DNA of 64,000 bases from an uncultured Candidatus Kuenenia sp. (GCA_964453165.1 CAYVNX010000001.1:27284-91283); one strand, 5' to 3'. Positions 12,001 through 18,780 are shown, numbered from the stretch's first letter. The notes: generated from the sequence alone by a model not told the origin. A program made the numbers and translations.

Positions 12001-15000
12001 TCGAGGACGTGTCGATCGAGATCAACACCGGGTTGATCCCGCTCCTGACGGCGACCCTGCCGGCGCTTCAGGCCCTCGCCCAAGCCGCGCTGCCGATGCC
12101 CGCGCTCGACCTCCAGGGCGAGGCATTCTCGGCTGGTGGGCCGGGCCTGGAGATCGCAACCGGTGATCCGGCCAGGCCGGTGGTGCTCGGCTTCCGCGAG
12201 GAGGTGTATGCGATCGACATCGGGTATTTCGATGCGTCGCTGTTCAGCTTTTTCGACGCCGTCAACGGAGCCGATGGACTTATTCCGCGGCCCGAGGCGG
12301 CCGGCGTGGATCTCGTGAACCTGGGGATTCTTGCCGCTTCGACGGCAGTGGCGGCCCCGTCGCTCCAGGTAGCCGGCGCGGCGACGTTCGCCAAGCGCGG
12401 CGTGGAACAGGTGACGCTGGTCGACGGCCGGCAGATCGAGGTGATGTCGCTTGGTTTCTCGATGGTGGACGTGCGAGGCTTTCAGGGAGCCGGGGCCTAT
12501 TGGGGCCGCAACCCGGCCACCGGTCGGATCGACGGCAGCGTCGTGGACGAGGCGGCGATCGGCGTGGCGATCGACGACCTCGACCTCGGTGCGGTGTTCA
12601 TGGTGCGGATGCCCACGGGGTTGAGCCCGGTGCCGGCGGTCTACGTGGCCGCTTCGGCCGAGCTGGAAAGTGCGCGGCTGGTCGGCATCGAGGAACTGGC
12701 GAATGCGGAACTGTCCAACCTCGAACTGCAGGTCAATCTCGCCGCCAGCACCGACTTCAAGGTGGTCGATCTCGGCAAGTCATCGCATGCGGTCGTCCAT
12801 CCCGACGGCAGCCTCTCGACTGCTGCGGGCTACGCCGTGGCCGGTCCACGGAGCGCCCCGGCGGTGATCCTCGATTTCGCGGAGCCACTGCTCGCGACCC
12901 GGGGCACGATCGACGTGAACCTGCTCGACGTCGTCGTGCTTGAAGGCGACTTCCTGCTCCGCGCGGGCGGGTCGAGCATCCTGCTCTATGTCGATGGCAC
13001 GGGCCGGATCGGCCCCGCGGACACTCCCTGGATCACGAGCGACGTCGAGGCGTTCTTGCGGATGGACTCCCGCGGCGTCGTGTCGCGGGTGGTGCTCGAC
13101 ACCGATCCGATCAGAATCGGCTCCGCGGTCGAGATCGTGCCCGGTAGCCTGAACCTCCTCGCCAACACGACGGGTGAGGATGCCTCGTTCACGATTCCCG
13201 AGGAGCTCCGGCGGCCGGGCCAGCCCGATGCGATCACCGTCTCGGCGATCCCGCCGGGCAAGACGGAGGCAGCCGGGTATGTGGTCGCCTCGGGCGGCGG
13301 CCGCGTGCGACTCACCGATGCCTTTACGTTCGAGGGTGGTTTTGATCTCCGTCTGGAGCGGGAACGCTCGACCTTCGTGTTCGACGCCACGCTCGATCTG
13401 CCGGTGCTCGAGCCGCTGCGGATCGCGGGCTCACTCGAATACCTGCCGGGGGGCGACGGCGGTCTGTTTGGGAGCGTCGCGGCTGCGCCCGTCGGCGGCG
13501 ACATCATCTCCGTGCCCGGCATCACCCTCGGCGGCGAGATGCTGCTCGAAGTGAACACGAGCCCGGTCGTGCGGCAGGTGCGGTCGATCCGGCGGGCGGG
13601 CGAAAACGACCCCGACGGCGATGGCTACGTGCTCCGCGACGTACCCGCCGACCTCATCCGGCTCGGTGGGGCCGGGCGGCTCGAGGCGGGTGGCGTAAGC
13701 TTCGTCGGCACGCAGAGCCTCACGTTCGAGCCGGGGAAGATCAGGCTCGACCTGGCCAGCGGCGTGGACGTCGGCTTCGGGTCGCTCGGCGTGGCCGGCG
13801 AGGCCTGGCTGCTCCACGGCGAGGGCCGGCCGACGACGTTCGTGTTCGAGGGCACCGCCCGTGGCTCGCTCGGCGCGGTCAGCGGGATCGACGGCACGGT
13901 GCTCGTCAACACCGACGCGGGCGATGTGACGCTCACCAGTGGCACGACCGTCGCGGCCAACACGCCTTTCGACGTGCGGCTGACGGCGGGCATCGACATC
14001 GGCCTTTTCAAGCTCGACGTCGGCGGCCGGCTCTTCAAGCAGGGCGACCTGTGGGAGATCCGCGTCGATCGCGGCCTGGGCCGGCTCAATTTCTTCGATG
14101 TCGCCTCGCTGGCCTTCGATGCTGGCGGGTTCTATCGCTCCAACGGCGCCTATCTGTTCGAGCCCGTCGGCACGATCTCCCTCGGGGGTAAGCCCGTCGG
14201 GGCCGAGGGCACGCTGCGGCTCTCGCTCGGCCGCGATGCGGCCGGCGTGACGAGCTTCAAGGGCGACCTCTGGGGTACCACGCGATACGACATCGGCATC
14301 GCGCGCGGGGATGGGCCGGCGTTCCGCGGCACGCTGGCTTTCGGTCCGCAGGGGGCGTCGTTCGCCACCAGCGTCGAGCTGCCGATCATCGGCTGGTGGA
14401 CCTTGGGACCATTCGACTGGCGGTGGCGGGGCGACGGCGGAATCCGGCCCGACCCGGTGATCGGCCGGCTGGCTGACGGCGTGCTCACGCTCTCGAGCGG
14501 CGACGCGGCCGAGCGGTATGGCGATGCGGGCGGCCAATGGTACGGCACGCTGCTCAACGAGAGCTTCCAGATCGAGGCGGTGCGAAACGACCTCGGACGG
14601 CCGATTCCCGGCCAGGTGCGGGTGCGGTCGCTCGGGTACGAACAGATGTTTACCGGTGTCACGACGATCCGAGCGGCCGGCGGCCAGGGCAACGACACAT
14701 TCGACGTCGGCGCCGACGTCGACGTCGTGCTGGAGCTGAACGGCGGACCGGGCAGCGACGTCTTCCTGATCGGTTCGTTCGTGCCCGGTAGCCGCTTCGA
14801 CGGTGGCGTCGGCACCGGCTACGACGACCTCCGGCTTGCCGGTACGGTCGGTGACTACCGCCTCACGGCGATCGATGCCACGACGCTCGTCGCCCTGGCC
14901 GAGTCACCCGCCGCCACGGCCGCGGCCACGGGGATCGACGTCTTCCGCTTCGATGACGGCAGCCTCGGATCCCCGGCCGTGCCGACCGACACCCGAGCGC

Positions 15001-18000
15001 TCGCCGGGCCGATCGTCAATGAGAGCGTCTTCTTCGATCTGCGCACCTACGAGAACGGTGTGCTCGTCGCTGAACTCGACATCGCCCCGGGGCCCGGTGA
15101 GGCTACGACCACGACCGACTCCCGCGGCGTGTTCAACCTGCCCGACTCGCTGTTGTCGGCCTACGACCAGAATCGCGATGGCTTGGTCGACTTCAGGGAC
15201 GGCATGATCGTGGTCGGGACCTACTCCGACAACGGGGTGGGAACGGTGATCAGCGCGATCGACTCGATCACCGGAGCCGATCTCGGCATTCCTCTCGTGG
15301 GGCTGCCCGGCCACAGCGCGAGCCTCGTCTCGACGCTCAAGTACACGACGCTGCTCCGCTGGCGACCCGACCAAACGATCGCGGGGGTGCCGGTCACTCC
15401 CGAACTGATCGAAACCGTGCTCAGTCGGATCCTCGCCGACGTGCCATCTACGTTCACTGACGACAACTTCTCCCCGTACATCGCCCTCTCGTCATCCGAT
15501 TCGGCCGAGGTGGCCAAGGCGGTGGAGACGCTGCGGTTCTCCTACACGCACCTCGGCAACGTGCTCGCGGTCCGCGCACTGCTCGACGAACTGGGGCTGG
15601 ACTTTGGTCGCGGGAGAGACGTCTGGGGATATGACCCCGATCCCGCGCGAGCCGACCGGGTCGAGGTGATCGCATTCAGTGCCTATCTCAATGCGATCGC
15701 CACGCGGTTCGGAGAGCGGCCGCTCGACGTACTTCACCGGTCGCCCGTGGCCGCGACGTTCGATCCCTTGAATCAGTCCCATGTCCGAGCCGTGTTGGTG
15801 GAGATGCTCTCCAACTATCCAACGAAGCGGCTCTTCGAACTCGAGCCTGCCGTGCTCGCCGAATTCCTCGCTGACCCGCGCGGCGTGGCGGCCGCCTTCC
15901 CCACCCTCGAGGCCCAGTCTCGAGTCGAGGCGGCGATCGAGCGGCACTTCGGCACGCTGCTCGACAACGTCTCGGAGGGGCTCGTGCTCACGCAGAAAGC
16001 CCTCGTCCGCCGAGTCGTCGATGGGGCGGCCTTGAGCGATCTCGCGCCGGCCCTCGGTACCCAACTGCTCGTGCCCAGCGTGGCGGGGCTGAAGCGGCTG
16101 CTCGTCGAGGAGCTCGCGGAGTCGCTCGTGGAGGACGGTTGGCAGAATCGGGACGACTTCCTCGCCGCCTACTATCCGGTCTTCTATCAGCCCAAGCCGG
16201 TCGAGAAGGCGAGCCAGCCGGTGGTCGGACTGATCGGGCTTGCAGTGGCCGGCGGCGACGCGGCCGGCGGCAGCCTGGTGACGCTCGGTGAAGGCGACGA
16301 GATCGTCCGCCTCCAACTCGACTACAAGGACTCGCTCGCCCCGCTCCTTGCGCCCGACTACGGCCTGGCGGTTCGCTACCGGCTCGGCGGCACCGCCCGG
16401 GAGGGCATCGACTACTCGATCGTGGGCAACGGCGGGATTCCGATCGCCTCGATCCGTGCCGGCGAGTCGACCGGAAGCTTGAGCCTGCGGGTGACGCCCG
16501 AGGCGCTCGCAGCCGGAGACCGGTACATCCAGATCGAGCTCCTCTCGGCCGACTCCGGGATGCGGGTCGACGACACCCGCGCAGTGGTCACGATCGCGCT
16601 CGGCGTAGCTGGCCTGCCCCCCGGTGAGGCTCCCACCGGCGGCCGCTCCAGCTTCGTGCCCCACGCGCTCGTCACCGCGACCGGAGCCGGGCCGGCGATC
16701 ATCCGCGCTCCGGCCGGTGGCAGGAACGTCGTGCTCCGCGGGGAGAACGGCCGCGCCGATTTGTTCGTCGTCGGCGATCAGCAGTCCTCCGGAGTCCCCT
16801 TCGTCGAGAACTTCCGCGCGGAGGACGGCGACCGCATCTGGATCGCTGCGGGCGACCTCGTGGCCCATCGACGCAAGAACCTTGTGACCGATCCGACGAA
16901 GCGGGCGGCGGCTCGCGAGGTTCTCGCAGCGCGATATGGCGAGGAACTGGTCTCGGGCTTCGAGCCCGCTCGGCTCGAAGAGCTGATCGCCGCTGAGATC
17001 GAGGCCACGTCGCTCCAGCCGTTCGTGATCACCGAGCTCAATACCTACGGGGGCTTCATCTTCGACGTGGTCGGTCGCAACCCCGTGGCGATGGTGAGCG
17101 ACTATTCGGTCAGCGCAGGGGACAAGGCCTGGGCGTCGCTGAGCATGAACCCGGCGGGCGGGACGGCCTTCGCGACGGTGATCACGCTTTCGAGCATGAG
17201 CGTGGCGGAGGACATAGCGGCGGGTACGAGGGTGGGCGAGGTGTTCGTCCAGTCGCCGGTCGCCGCCGGTGCCTCTCAGGTGACGCTGGCGGCGGGCGAC
17301 GGCGACGATGACAACACCCTCTTCGAGGTCGTCCGGGACGATTCGGGCTCGAGTCCCCGGTCGTTCCTCGTGGCCCGAGGGCCCTTCGATTACGAGACCG
17401 ACCCCCGACTGTCTGTTCGCGTGCGGGCCACCGGAGCCGATGGCGTCGCCTTCGAGCAGGTGTTCGTGCTTCAGGTCGGTGACGTTCCCGAGCAGGTGAT
17501 CGTCGAGGTCGCGGCGTCGGAGTCGGTCGTGCTCGACGCGTTGCTCTGGAGCCGGGATACGCTCGTCGTCCGGGGCGGCGGCCGGGTGATCCTTGACTCG
17601 CCCAATCGCCACACCGGTGGCGTGGTGGTCGAGGCCGGTGAGCTGGTCGTGCGCGACCCGGCTGGCCTCGGGTCAGGGCCGCTCGCGGTCCGCGGTGGGG
17701 CGCGGGTGGTCTTCGATGTCGGATCCGACCTGGTGGCCTTGGCGGCGCTCGACCTGGCTGAGGGAGCCTTGATCGACGTGGGGCTCGGCCGGCTGACGAT
17801 AGCGGCCGGTGGATACGACGCCACGGACCTCCGGGCCTGGATCAGCACCGCCCGAAACGGCGGGGCCTGGGATGGCCCCGGGATCACGAGCGCCGCGGTC
17901 GCTACGACCCCGAACCGGGCGATCGGCCATCGCGTGTTCGCCGACGGTTCGGTGATCGTCGGCTTTGCGGCGATCGGCGATGCCACGATGGACGGCCGCG

Positions 18001-18347
18001 TGGACATCCAGGACCTGATCGCGTTCAACACGGGCGGCGCCTTTGGGACGAGCCAGGCGGATGCCGCCTGGTGGCAGAGCGACTTCAACGACGACGGCCG
18101 CGTGAACGTGTTCGACCTGATGGCGCTCGTCAGTTCTGGTCTTTATGCCGCGGGTACCTACCAAGCACAGAACGCCGGTCCGACCACCGAGTCAGCGGCA
18201 GCGTCGAGCCGTTTTGCACTCGCCGCGGACCCCGCGTCGGCGCGAGGGCTCGATCCATTTACCTGGGCCGCTCTCGCCATTCAGACCGAGGCCGAGGCGG
18301 CTCCAACCCGGAAGTCGAACCGCTTCCGGCTGCTCGGCCAGGGTTGA
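1..18347 (+). CDS. Giant (>6,100 aa) secreted repeat/adhesin-like exoprotein; 5' end probably outside the window
   Basis: Single uninterrupted frame 33..18347 in the track (GTG at 33). The frame stays open back to nt 3, so the true start is likely upstream. Ala/Gly/Val/Thr-rich beta-helix-like N-terminal part, internal 123-aa tandem repeats, and C-terminal RTX-like, Calx-beta, cadherin-like, PATR and dockerin-like modules. All overlapping ORFs in other frames are Arg/Pro/Gly-rich artefacts. Confidence 0.85.
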   Translation, partial: SVTAAFTTATVAEILSATVTAGGSVTVAATDSPEVTSDAGAGSLAVGYGSSAAAALAAGVILAETTFANTVAARIGVVAGSSVLPRVVAQGSGSVNVLAHSAATVTSTSVAVAFSASFSPSFLAAAAAVAYAGAKASSMSAITAEIGGGTVSGADVSVAASTGHTITNTVGVGAGVLSVVGGSTGWSTAEATVADTVIARIGAAAVTARTGDVAVAARSGNVLSTRSVATSLALAIGGGGTAGHASSKDTSTVTAEIGTSATLAALTGTVRVTVGGLPGTAGHGSVTAVSDGGSGGLITVGRVEATAEHAQTRRATVRDGVNLAQVGGLTVEAGSRPSVKAHSFAVDIGGIMVQVNTSQATVGGSARAMIGSDAMLAGTVLVSAEGGATFDVLQDGGAGGIVGAGDNDAKATTRMAVEAALGDRALAASGRRVERLAVTARHADVSTVAAENGTVVGAGVAQVSAAITDLTSTKATLGRVGSADGRTPLEVGMLEVTASRSHDYAATADSWFGALFGGSVPAATFTTKDADGVTADARAVVAAGASVSASGTVTLGSAHAIRRVTSGYSARVRGGGLVSEAGDALTGGSTVTIDAGSRVVIGDDARIVSGTGPASPGGIAILPTAHVEIRDSVGTWSGGAFSFGSLAARVTTVMTTSVEAGRDVTLDTRGTLDIGTASNVATTARVQGASSGATASVNFDATADTSLTQTVAFGPNAALAADGAMRITAGEDPAGRAARGVVVDAVVDGETNGAVTFITVVAKAKLTNTSTVSFGTGAVASSGGDMRIVAETGRPTVTRDGAVTYHDIQGFFENLFGGENVKRYDPAAEETNTSKVTLAGRFAAGGQGTVSLTIPATFASGTLAGTTGTGLVSAATASFDDAFDPQAFVRANFGDSADLLAAAVPATGKAVRISPIVAGGGSLTVRGDVLEGQATLGGSRAHVAIRNESPHHLLLDTLQIAAATGGAVRLERTSGAEVAAPAGWGLTRDATSPTITIDQTWAEPLAGSVYGPAVFLTKAAGNPRGDIEITNARGSLGVIGTIAARSFDAHVPNGAMVIYVKGAVHAAGPPATSQPAAELAASDAALAGDALTLVRNYGPFYRNRDLTETETLTAASTASPTGGTAIDAQQVAIFADTINVNGEMLIGTAATADRSVTVPLGLQAELETYRAEFQAGRKSDPLYRIPAEKLGAKAAGDVKLGVTFDARTGELLVDPADIAAGTRLSLVGKIINTNASGGAIRVRTDGGGVTIENLTTLPLVTQAISTPGTGFSTTVQIVDMLQPEATRQTVYQSQDGDLRVRVGRATDDLLEAAAGDVLADTSATVYRPVANARWTSTRQRSIWFGFGYPIGDSGWSYGAENDITTGQVEVRPADPAVTRSITMQYAFEPDRADYTVTDSVRADHPIAVSFSGAASAGVTITSSGGVVLRDAIESTSVKVWAGGGIGTVPGGGEITADSVNLLGVSLGTEDRPLPIATDTLRAQAWTGGVWLAVNREDPARPVTLDTVATYAGGPVRIVAGGDVRAGQSSFVLGGGRIALVSEQGSLGTATAPLTTRVTPLAATASLPPLRLDATAAGNISLSHVDGSDTPAADDLLVGTVTATAGDVVVRAVGSLYDAHTWTVDPDRQAKVEKAVHDLGLADIDAVVAEGVAAFQAVVKSRYMQYHALLADGVVFNGRLQLRADAFDRWATRAAIALELPAGVMPTNQEVLDHAAATHLEAVGYFMRLIGPDWNSLPAFRSFDPAWVYQPSAAQVEQVRGDLGLDAISLLRQVGVDMGQATRPWDPAVRVGGAVNVRGTNVTLVSAAGTVGRTSPPVTIRRDDVLYDRLTPEQVFEMELAGQRGDATKVAAGFEFRVLRPLVVAVTGRLDAEGLRGVAAAQPTGTLRIGRVAAAAGTVGIAAQDSIENAAGGTGINTHAVDPVAVTTTLFSRTGSIGSAESPITVTGGAVTAGVLAADGTVHVASPFAVIPEAPPKPQPGAPGEPQPPRTQQLDRLDARAGDTLTVMLGGTTPGDGTGKHDQLVVTGPAVLDGTIAVRLSPGYVPQPGDRFTVLTYQSVVGRFTAGDGLFGLSGSLWFEVEQTGDATTPGAVTLVARSLFVPGINAAIDFADGIVDAAAVRRDIGRFLNGGYFGFDLEVSFSGGFTYRELEIEGAVTLRYDRNPGRTNFIEASVAGRTAVGETVELVGDFLVSIGLAEGTVTSLAVLGQNIDLDVAVGGVTLGARSGRVGLLASDAGVAFEASAGIRATLTSDVSLYASEIFVSFNATDVDYTRQMFALGEVTYTFGDLAADTFRVGVTGGELIAGGAVRASGNFALEGRSQQVALADGALVTADLLTIGGARLGGFLGTAAGTSAATGVSIVDAHVAAAIVTERGGAGRRWLTLEGRGEAASLVGFGGVSGSLTDTAVTLNLPASDGSLVDYRPGATVLTIDTGLPPGVTFSADGTRGRIIRASGTAALAIDGAVTVTGTVGISIEGTSVVAVGSGIRGRLGAATAATFLEVENGSFGLLATGRETAFELQGGLSAALAGFATVGADRVFAQYTSAQTSIAAGRRLDTGTAAYTFAEAIASGTTLFAVEGFTATVADFVSLSGNVGFRSDGDGFIAVGAGMEATLAGGDLANLSVSDGTFGLRVDATGTAFELTAQDFAFQIANLPAARADTVFLRYTSANETVAQQDTLSVGGIDYVFREAIAPDTVAFSFTGFETAVSDVLSVSGDLGFARVGSDLIAVGENLDASLAAGPVRVTATDGAFGLVVSGSGVAFELQGGFDAAIAGLFGASAERTVVQYASAGASITAGRRLAIGAAGYTFSTAIAAGTVGFSVEGFRASASGFTPISGSLGFAVAGQDLVAVGAQMSAGYLDPVHGGILHEEGRFGLVSNASGTAFELGAGRLRIKVADLSDVRSGSTFTQFSTAGITIGTGRTVAAGGLEYTFDRGIHPGTTVFSVTGFLATVKDFVSLAGDVGFSLVDGRILAVGESVAATLAAGPASLTARGRLGLRVVDDAVTLELTGTSLAGSLPSIGAVAAERVFVQYVSPLASVAAGETFRVGQATYTFAKAISPGTVAFDLEGFSADLFGVLSVGGDIGFAYRPKELLISAYATDVNARFAIGDDVEASLAHASFDIRFGSQLLFALQGEARVKIKDMIDETVAVRIQPDYTTLTLDDEFRSQVDAAVMSFGAALPDLLFGPTVNTGAPMVGLQLQGAAFGFAVATALDSDRFWVAAEARATAGRFLGALGLGEATISDATVLFNTTTVIGGDGQSVDWSATPVTIVPVPLGQAAAADPITFDMRGPTLAARGDIELEFEYGARGPTVAGGFSLESSRRDVTLVGGDTVDVTMLALGVHDASGWFDFSTPSLRRGIEVDGVDLAFGLFQERAPAAGQTARQWSLLDASVGAAAVVGVEGVTLAARDVSMGYIHLPADGSSIDTSTPIAYDEDLAFSMTADRLRPGARSLFAFAGDFDVDVRGVVQFQDAVDIQVELDTLEVYDPATRGHTTEDVVTLTFAALDQDLFAGRQFEDRRVGLELPDVDVAAMIAFGPQTGSLWVAVDAGTTGASVVGIPHVSLAAEAIDLRINTADYRGRTIDFARKPLEVPTGLAIRAGDASGSIWGDGQSTLITIDGTRGDELGVVEIAAAVLEVDDFLYARGDYAFRIGRHTDGLVVTGLEPGGASTALDGPFAVLSLAATDVDVFAGYRGPDSAGTSPFTDTGVREGAIGIFARDVDLGYAVFTDVQHVFDSLKVNLPAAGLVGLEDMVSALPTDAADATRDWLRENGLAEGITASLTDVTIIRNGGLRFVGAQVAPLLAAIDFQASFPGGQGLPAGYTLATPGGSILLDTADAVQTVGASVGNATLMVNGFLEVSGSLAFTVGGRIGGAKADPGVVGLIPGVAATGMTHDLYSIEIGGSGLRGFAGVTVPAIRGVPGFETPVRIGYEIEDATFGFAIMPSLSVSGITVPGLPAVLPTYIAGKVTAGAARAVGLESWLGRLPGVLHPSFEDVSIEINTGLIPLLTATLPALQALAQAALPMPALDLQGEAFSAGGPGLEIATGDPARPVVLGFREEVYAIDIGYFDASLFSFFDAVNGADGLIPRPEAAGVDLVNLGILAASTAVAAPSLQVAGAATFAKRGVEQVTLVDGRQIEVMSLGFSMVDVRGFQGAGAYWGRNPATGRIDGSVVDEAAIGVAIDDLDLGAVFMVRMPTGLSPVPAVYVAASAELESARLVGIEELANAELSNLELQVNLAASTDFKVVDLGKSSHAVVHPDGSLSTAAGYAVAGPRSAPAVILDFAEPLLATRGTIDVNLLDVVVLEGDFLLRAGGSSILLYVDGTGRIGPADTPWITSDVEAFLRMDSRGVVSRVVLDTDPIRIGSAVEIVPGSLNLLANTTGEDASFTIPEELRRPGQPDAITVSAIPPGKTEAAGYVVASGGGRVRLTDAFTFEGGFDLRLERERSTFVFDATLDLPVLEPLRIAGSLEYLPGGDGGLFGSVAAAPVGGDIISVPGITLGGEMLLEVNTSPVVRQVRSIRRAGENDPDGDGYVLRDVPADLIRLGGAGRLEAGGVSFVGTQSLTFEPGKIRLDLASGVDVGFGSLGVAGEAWLLHGEGRPTTFVFEGTARGSLGAVSGIDGTVLVNTDAGDVTLTSGTTVAANTPFDVRLTAGIDIGLFKLDVGGRLFKQGDLWEIRVDRGLGRLNFFDVASLAFDAGGFYRSNGAYLFEPVGTISLGGKPVGAEGTLRLSLGRDAAGVTSFKGDLWGTTRYDIGIARGDGPAFRGTLAFGPQGASFATSVELPIIGWWTLGPFDWRWRGDGGIRPDPVIGRLADGVLTLSSGDAAERYGDAGGQWYGTLLNESFQIEAVRNDLGRPIPGQVRVRSLGYEQMFTGVTTIRAAGGQGNDTFDVGADVDVVLELNGGPGSDVFLIGSFVPGSRFDGGVGTGYDDLRLAGTVGDYRLTAIDATTLVALAESPAATAAATGIDVFRFDDGSLGSPAVPTDTRALAGPIVNESVFFDLRTYENGVLVAELDIAPGPGEATTTTDSRGVFNLPDSLLSAYDQNRDGLVDFRDGMIVVGTYSDNGVGTVISAIDSITGADLGIPLVGLPGHSASLVSTLKYTTLLRWRPDQTIAGVPVTPELIETVLSRILADVPSTFTDDNFSPYIALSSSDSAEVAKAVETLRFSYTHLGNVLAVRALLDELGLDFGRGRDVWGYDPDPARADRVEVIAFSAYLNAIATRFGERPLDVLHRSPVAATFDPLNQSHVRAVLVEMLSNYPTKRLFELEPAVLAEFLADPRGVAAAFPTLEAQSRVEAAIERHFGTLLDNVSEGLVLTQKALVRRVVDGAALSDLAPALGTQLLVPSVAGLKRLLVEELAESLVEDGWQNRDDFLAAYYPVFYQPKPVEKASQPVVGLIGLAVAGGDAAGGSLVTLGEGDEIVRLQLDYKDSLAPLLAPDYGLAVRYRLGGTAREGIDYSIVGNGGIPIASIRAGESTGSLSLRVTPEALAAGDRYIQIELLSADSGMRVDDTRAVVTIALGVAGLPPGEAPTGGRSSFVPHALVTATGAGPAIIRAPAGGRNVVLRGENGRADLFVVGDQQSSGVPFVENFRAEDGDRIWIAAGDLVAHRRKNLVTDPTKRAAAREVLAARYGEELVSGFEPARLEELIAAEIEATSLQPFVITELNTYGGFIFDVVGRNPVAMVSDYSVSAGDKAWASLSMNPAGGTAFATVITLSSMSVAEDIAAGTRVGEVFVQSPVAAGASQVTLAAGDGDDDNTLFEVVRDDSGSSPRSFLVARGPFDYETDPRLSVRVRATGADGVAFEQVFVLQVGDVPEQVIVEVAASESVVLDALLWSRDTLVVRGGGRVILDSPNRHTGGVVVEAGELVVRDPAGLGSGPLAVRGGARVVFDVGSDLVALAALDLAEGALIDVGLGRLTIAAGGYDATDLRAWISTARNGGAWDGPGITSAAVATTPNRAIGHRVFADGSVIVGFAAIGDATMDGRVDIQDLIAFNTGGAFGTSQADAAWWQSDFNDDGRVNVFDLMALVSSGLYAAGTYQAQNAGPTTESAAASSRFALAADPASARGLDPFTWAALAIQTEAEAAPTRKSNRFRLLGQG
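5980..6300 (+). other. Internal module DRLDARAGDTLTV...HDQLVVTGPAVLDGTIAVRLSPGYVPQPGDRFTVLTYQSVVGRF inside the giant ORF, preceded by a Pro-rich linker
   Basis: Translated motif seen directly. From memory, this pattern (DQL.VTG...L.GTL.V.L..G..P..GD.F.IL) resembles modules near the C-terminal ends of large PATR/autotransporter-like exoproteins. The Pro-rich linker PEAPPKPQPGAPGEPQPP lies at about 5905-5975. Confidence 0.35.
7150..9420 (+). repeat. Intragenic tandem repeats of 123 aa (369 nt): 5 clear units plus degenerate flanking units
   Basis: Anchor F/L-G-L codons start at 7524, 7893, 8262, 8631 and 8997 (spacing 369, 369, 369, 366 nt). Each unit carries FEL(Q/T)G ... (Q/R)Y(T/A/V)S ... 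Y(T/V)F..AI..GT..F...GF...V.DF.S(L/V)SG..GF. Degenerate copies sit near 7150 (LTLEG) and 9400 (FALQGE). Confidence 0.8.
14679..14790 (+). other. RTX-like (hemolysin-type Ca-binding) GGxGxD motifs in the giant ORF
   Basis: GGQGNDTFDVG and GGPGSDVFLIG are separated by about 10 residues. An EF-hand/dockerin-like DQNRDGLVDFRDG lies further downstream near 15170. Confidence 0.5.
16266..16605 (+). other. Calx-beta-like domain in the giant ORF
   Basis: LVTLGEGDEIVRLQLDY...YRLGGTAREGIDYSIVGNGGIPIASIRAGESTGSLSLRVTPEA...DRYIQIELLSADSGMRVDDTRAVVTIAL. This matches the Calx-beta pattern (GTA..G.DY ... F..GE....I.I....D...E..E.F.V.L). Confidence 0.65.
17181..17493 (+). other. Cadherin-like domain in the giant ORF
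   Basis: SVAEDIAAGTRVGEVFV...LAAGDGDDDNTLFEV...LVARGPFDYETDPRLSVRVRATGADGVAFEQVFVLQVGDVPE. This is the typical cadherin-repeat pattern (V.E....G..VG......D.D.......F......G.L......DYE......L.V.A.D..G......F.I.V.DV.E). Confidence 0.65.
17563..17715 (+). other. Autotransporter-associated beta-strand (PATR)-like repeats in the giant ORF
   Basis: LVVRGGGRVILDSPNRHTGGVVVEAGELVVRDPAGLGSGPLAVRGGARVVF (pattern G.G.L.L...N.YTGGT.V..G.L.V). Confidence 0.6.
17975..18140 (+). other. Dockerin-like double Ca-binding repeat near the C-terminus of the giant ORF
   Basis: GDATMDGRVDIQDLIAFNTGG and DFNDDGRVNVFDLMALVSSG form two D.(N/D)(D/G)GRV...DL segments about 30 residues apart. Confidence 0.6.
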
Positions 18348-18413
18348 GGGGATTGCCGCGCACGCAGACGTGGGACTTCCCTCCTCACCGCTCGTGGGGA
18401 CAATGGGGAGACG

Positions 18414-18755
18414 ATGACGAATTCTCCGCTCGAAATCACCGCCGCCGAGGCCAGCCGGATGCTCCAGGAGGCGGGGGCAGGCGAGTGCCTGCTCCTCGAC
18501 TGCCGCACGCCCGAGGAGCATGCCACCGCCCGGATTCAGGGCGCCTTGCTCATTCCGATGCACGAATTGCCGCAGCGGGTGGGTGAACTCGGCTCCTGGC
18601 AGGCCCGGCAGATCGTCGTGTACTGCCATCATGGCGTCCGCAGCCTTCGCGTGACGCACTGGCTCCGCGAACGCGGCTACGTGCATGTGTCGAGCCTCCG
18701 GGGTGGCATCGAGGCCTGGAGCCTCGACGTCGATCCGCAGGTGCCACGCTATTAA
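18414..18755 (+). CDS. Single-domain rhodanese-like sulfurtransferase
   Basis: 113 aa. Active-site loop VVYCHHGVRS with catalytic Cys; LLDCRTPEEH and GGIEAW are typical of the rhodanese fold; purine-rich ggggaga lies just upstream of the ATG. Confidence 0.85.
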   Translation: MTNSPLEITAAEASRMLQEAGAGECLLLDCRTPEEHATARIQGALLIPMHELPQRVGELGSWQARQIVVYCHHGVRSLRVTHWLRERGYVHVSSLRGGIEAWSLDVDPQVPRY

Positions 18756-18761
18756 ATCGGT

Positions 18762-18780
18762 GGCCGGCAGGCTGCCGGCC
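18762..18780 (+). terminator. GC-rich hairpin 7 nt after the rhodanese stop (possible terminator, no U-tract)
   Basis: ggccggca-ggc-tgccggcc is an 8-bp perfect stem with a 3-nt loop. It lies between convergent genes. Confidence 0.35.
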
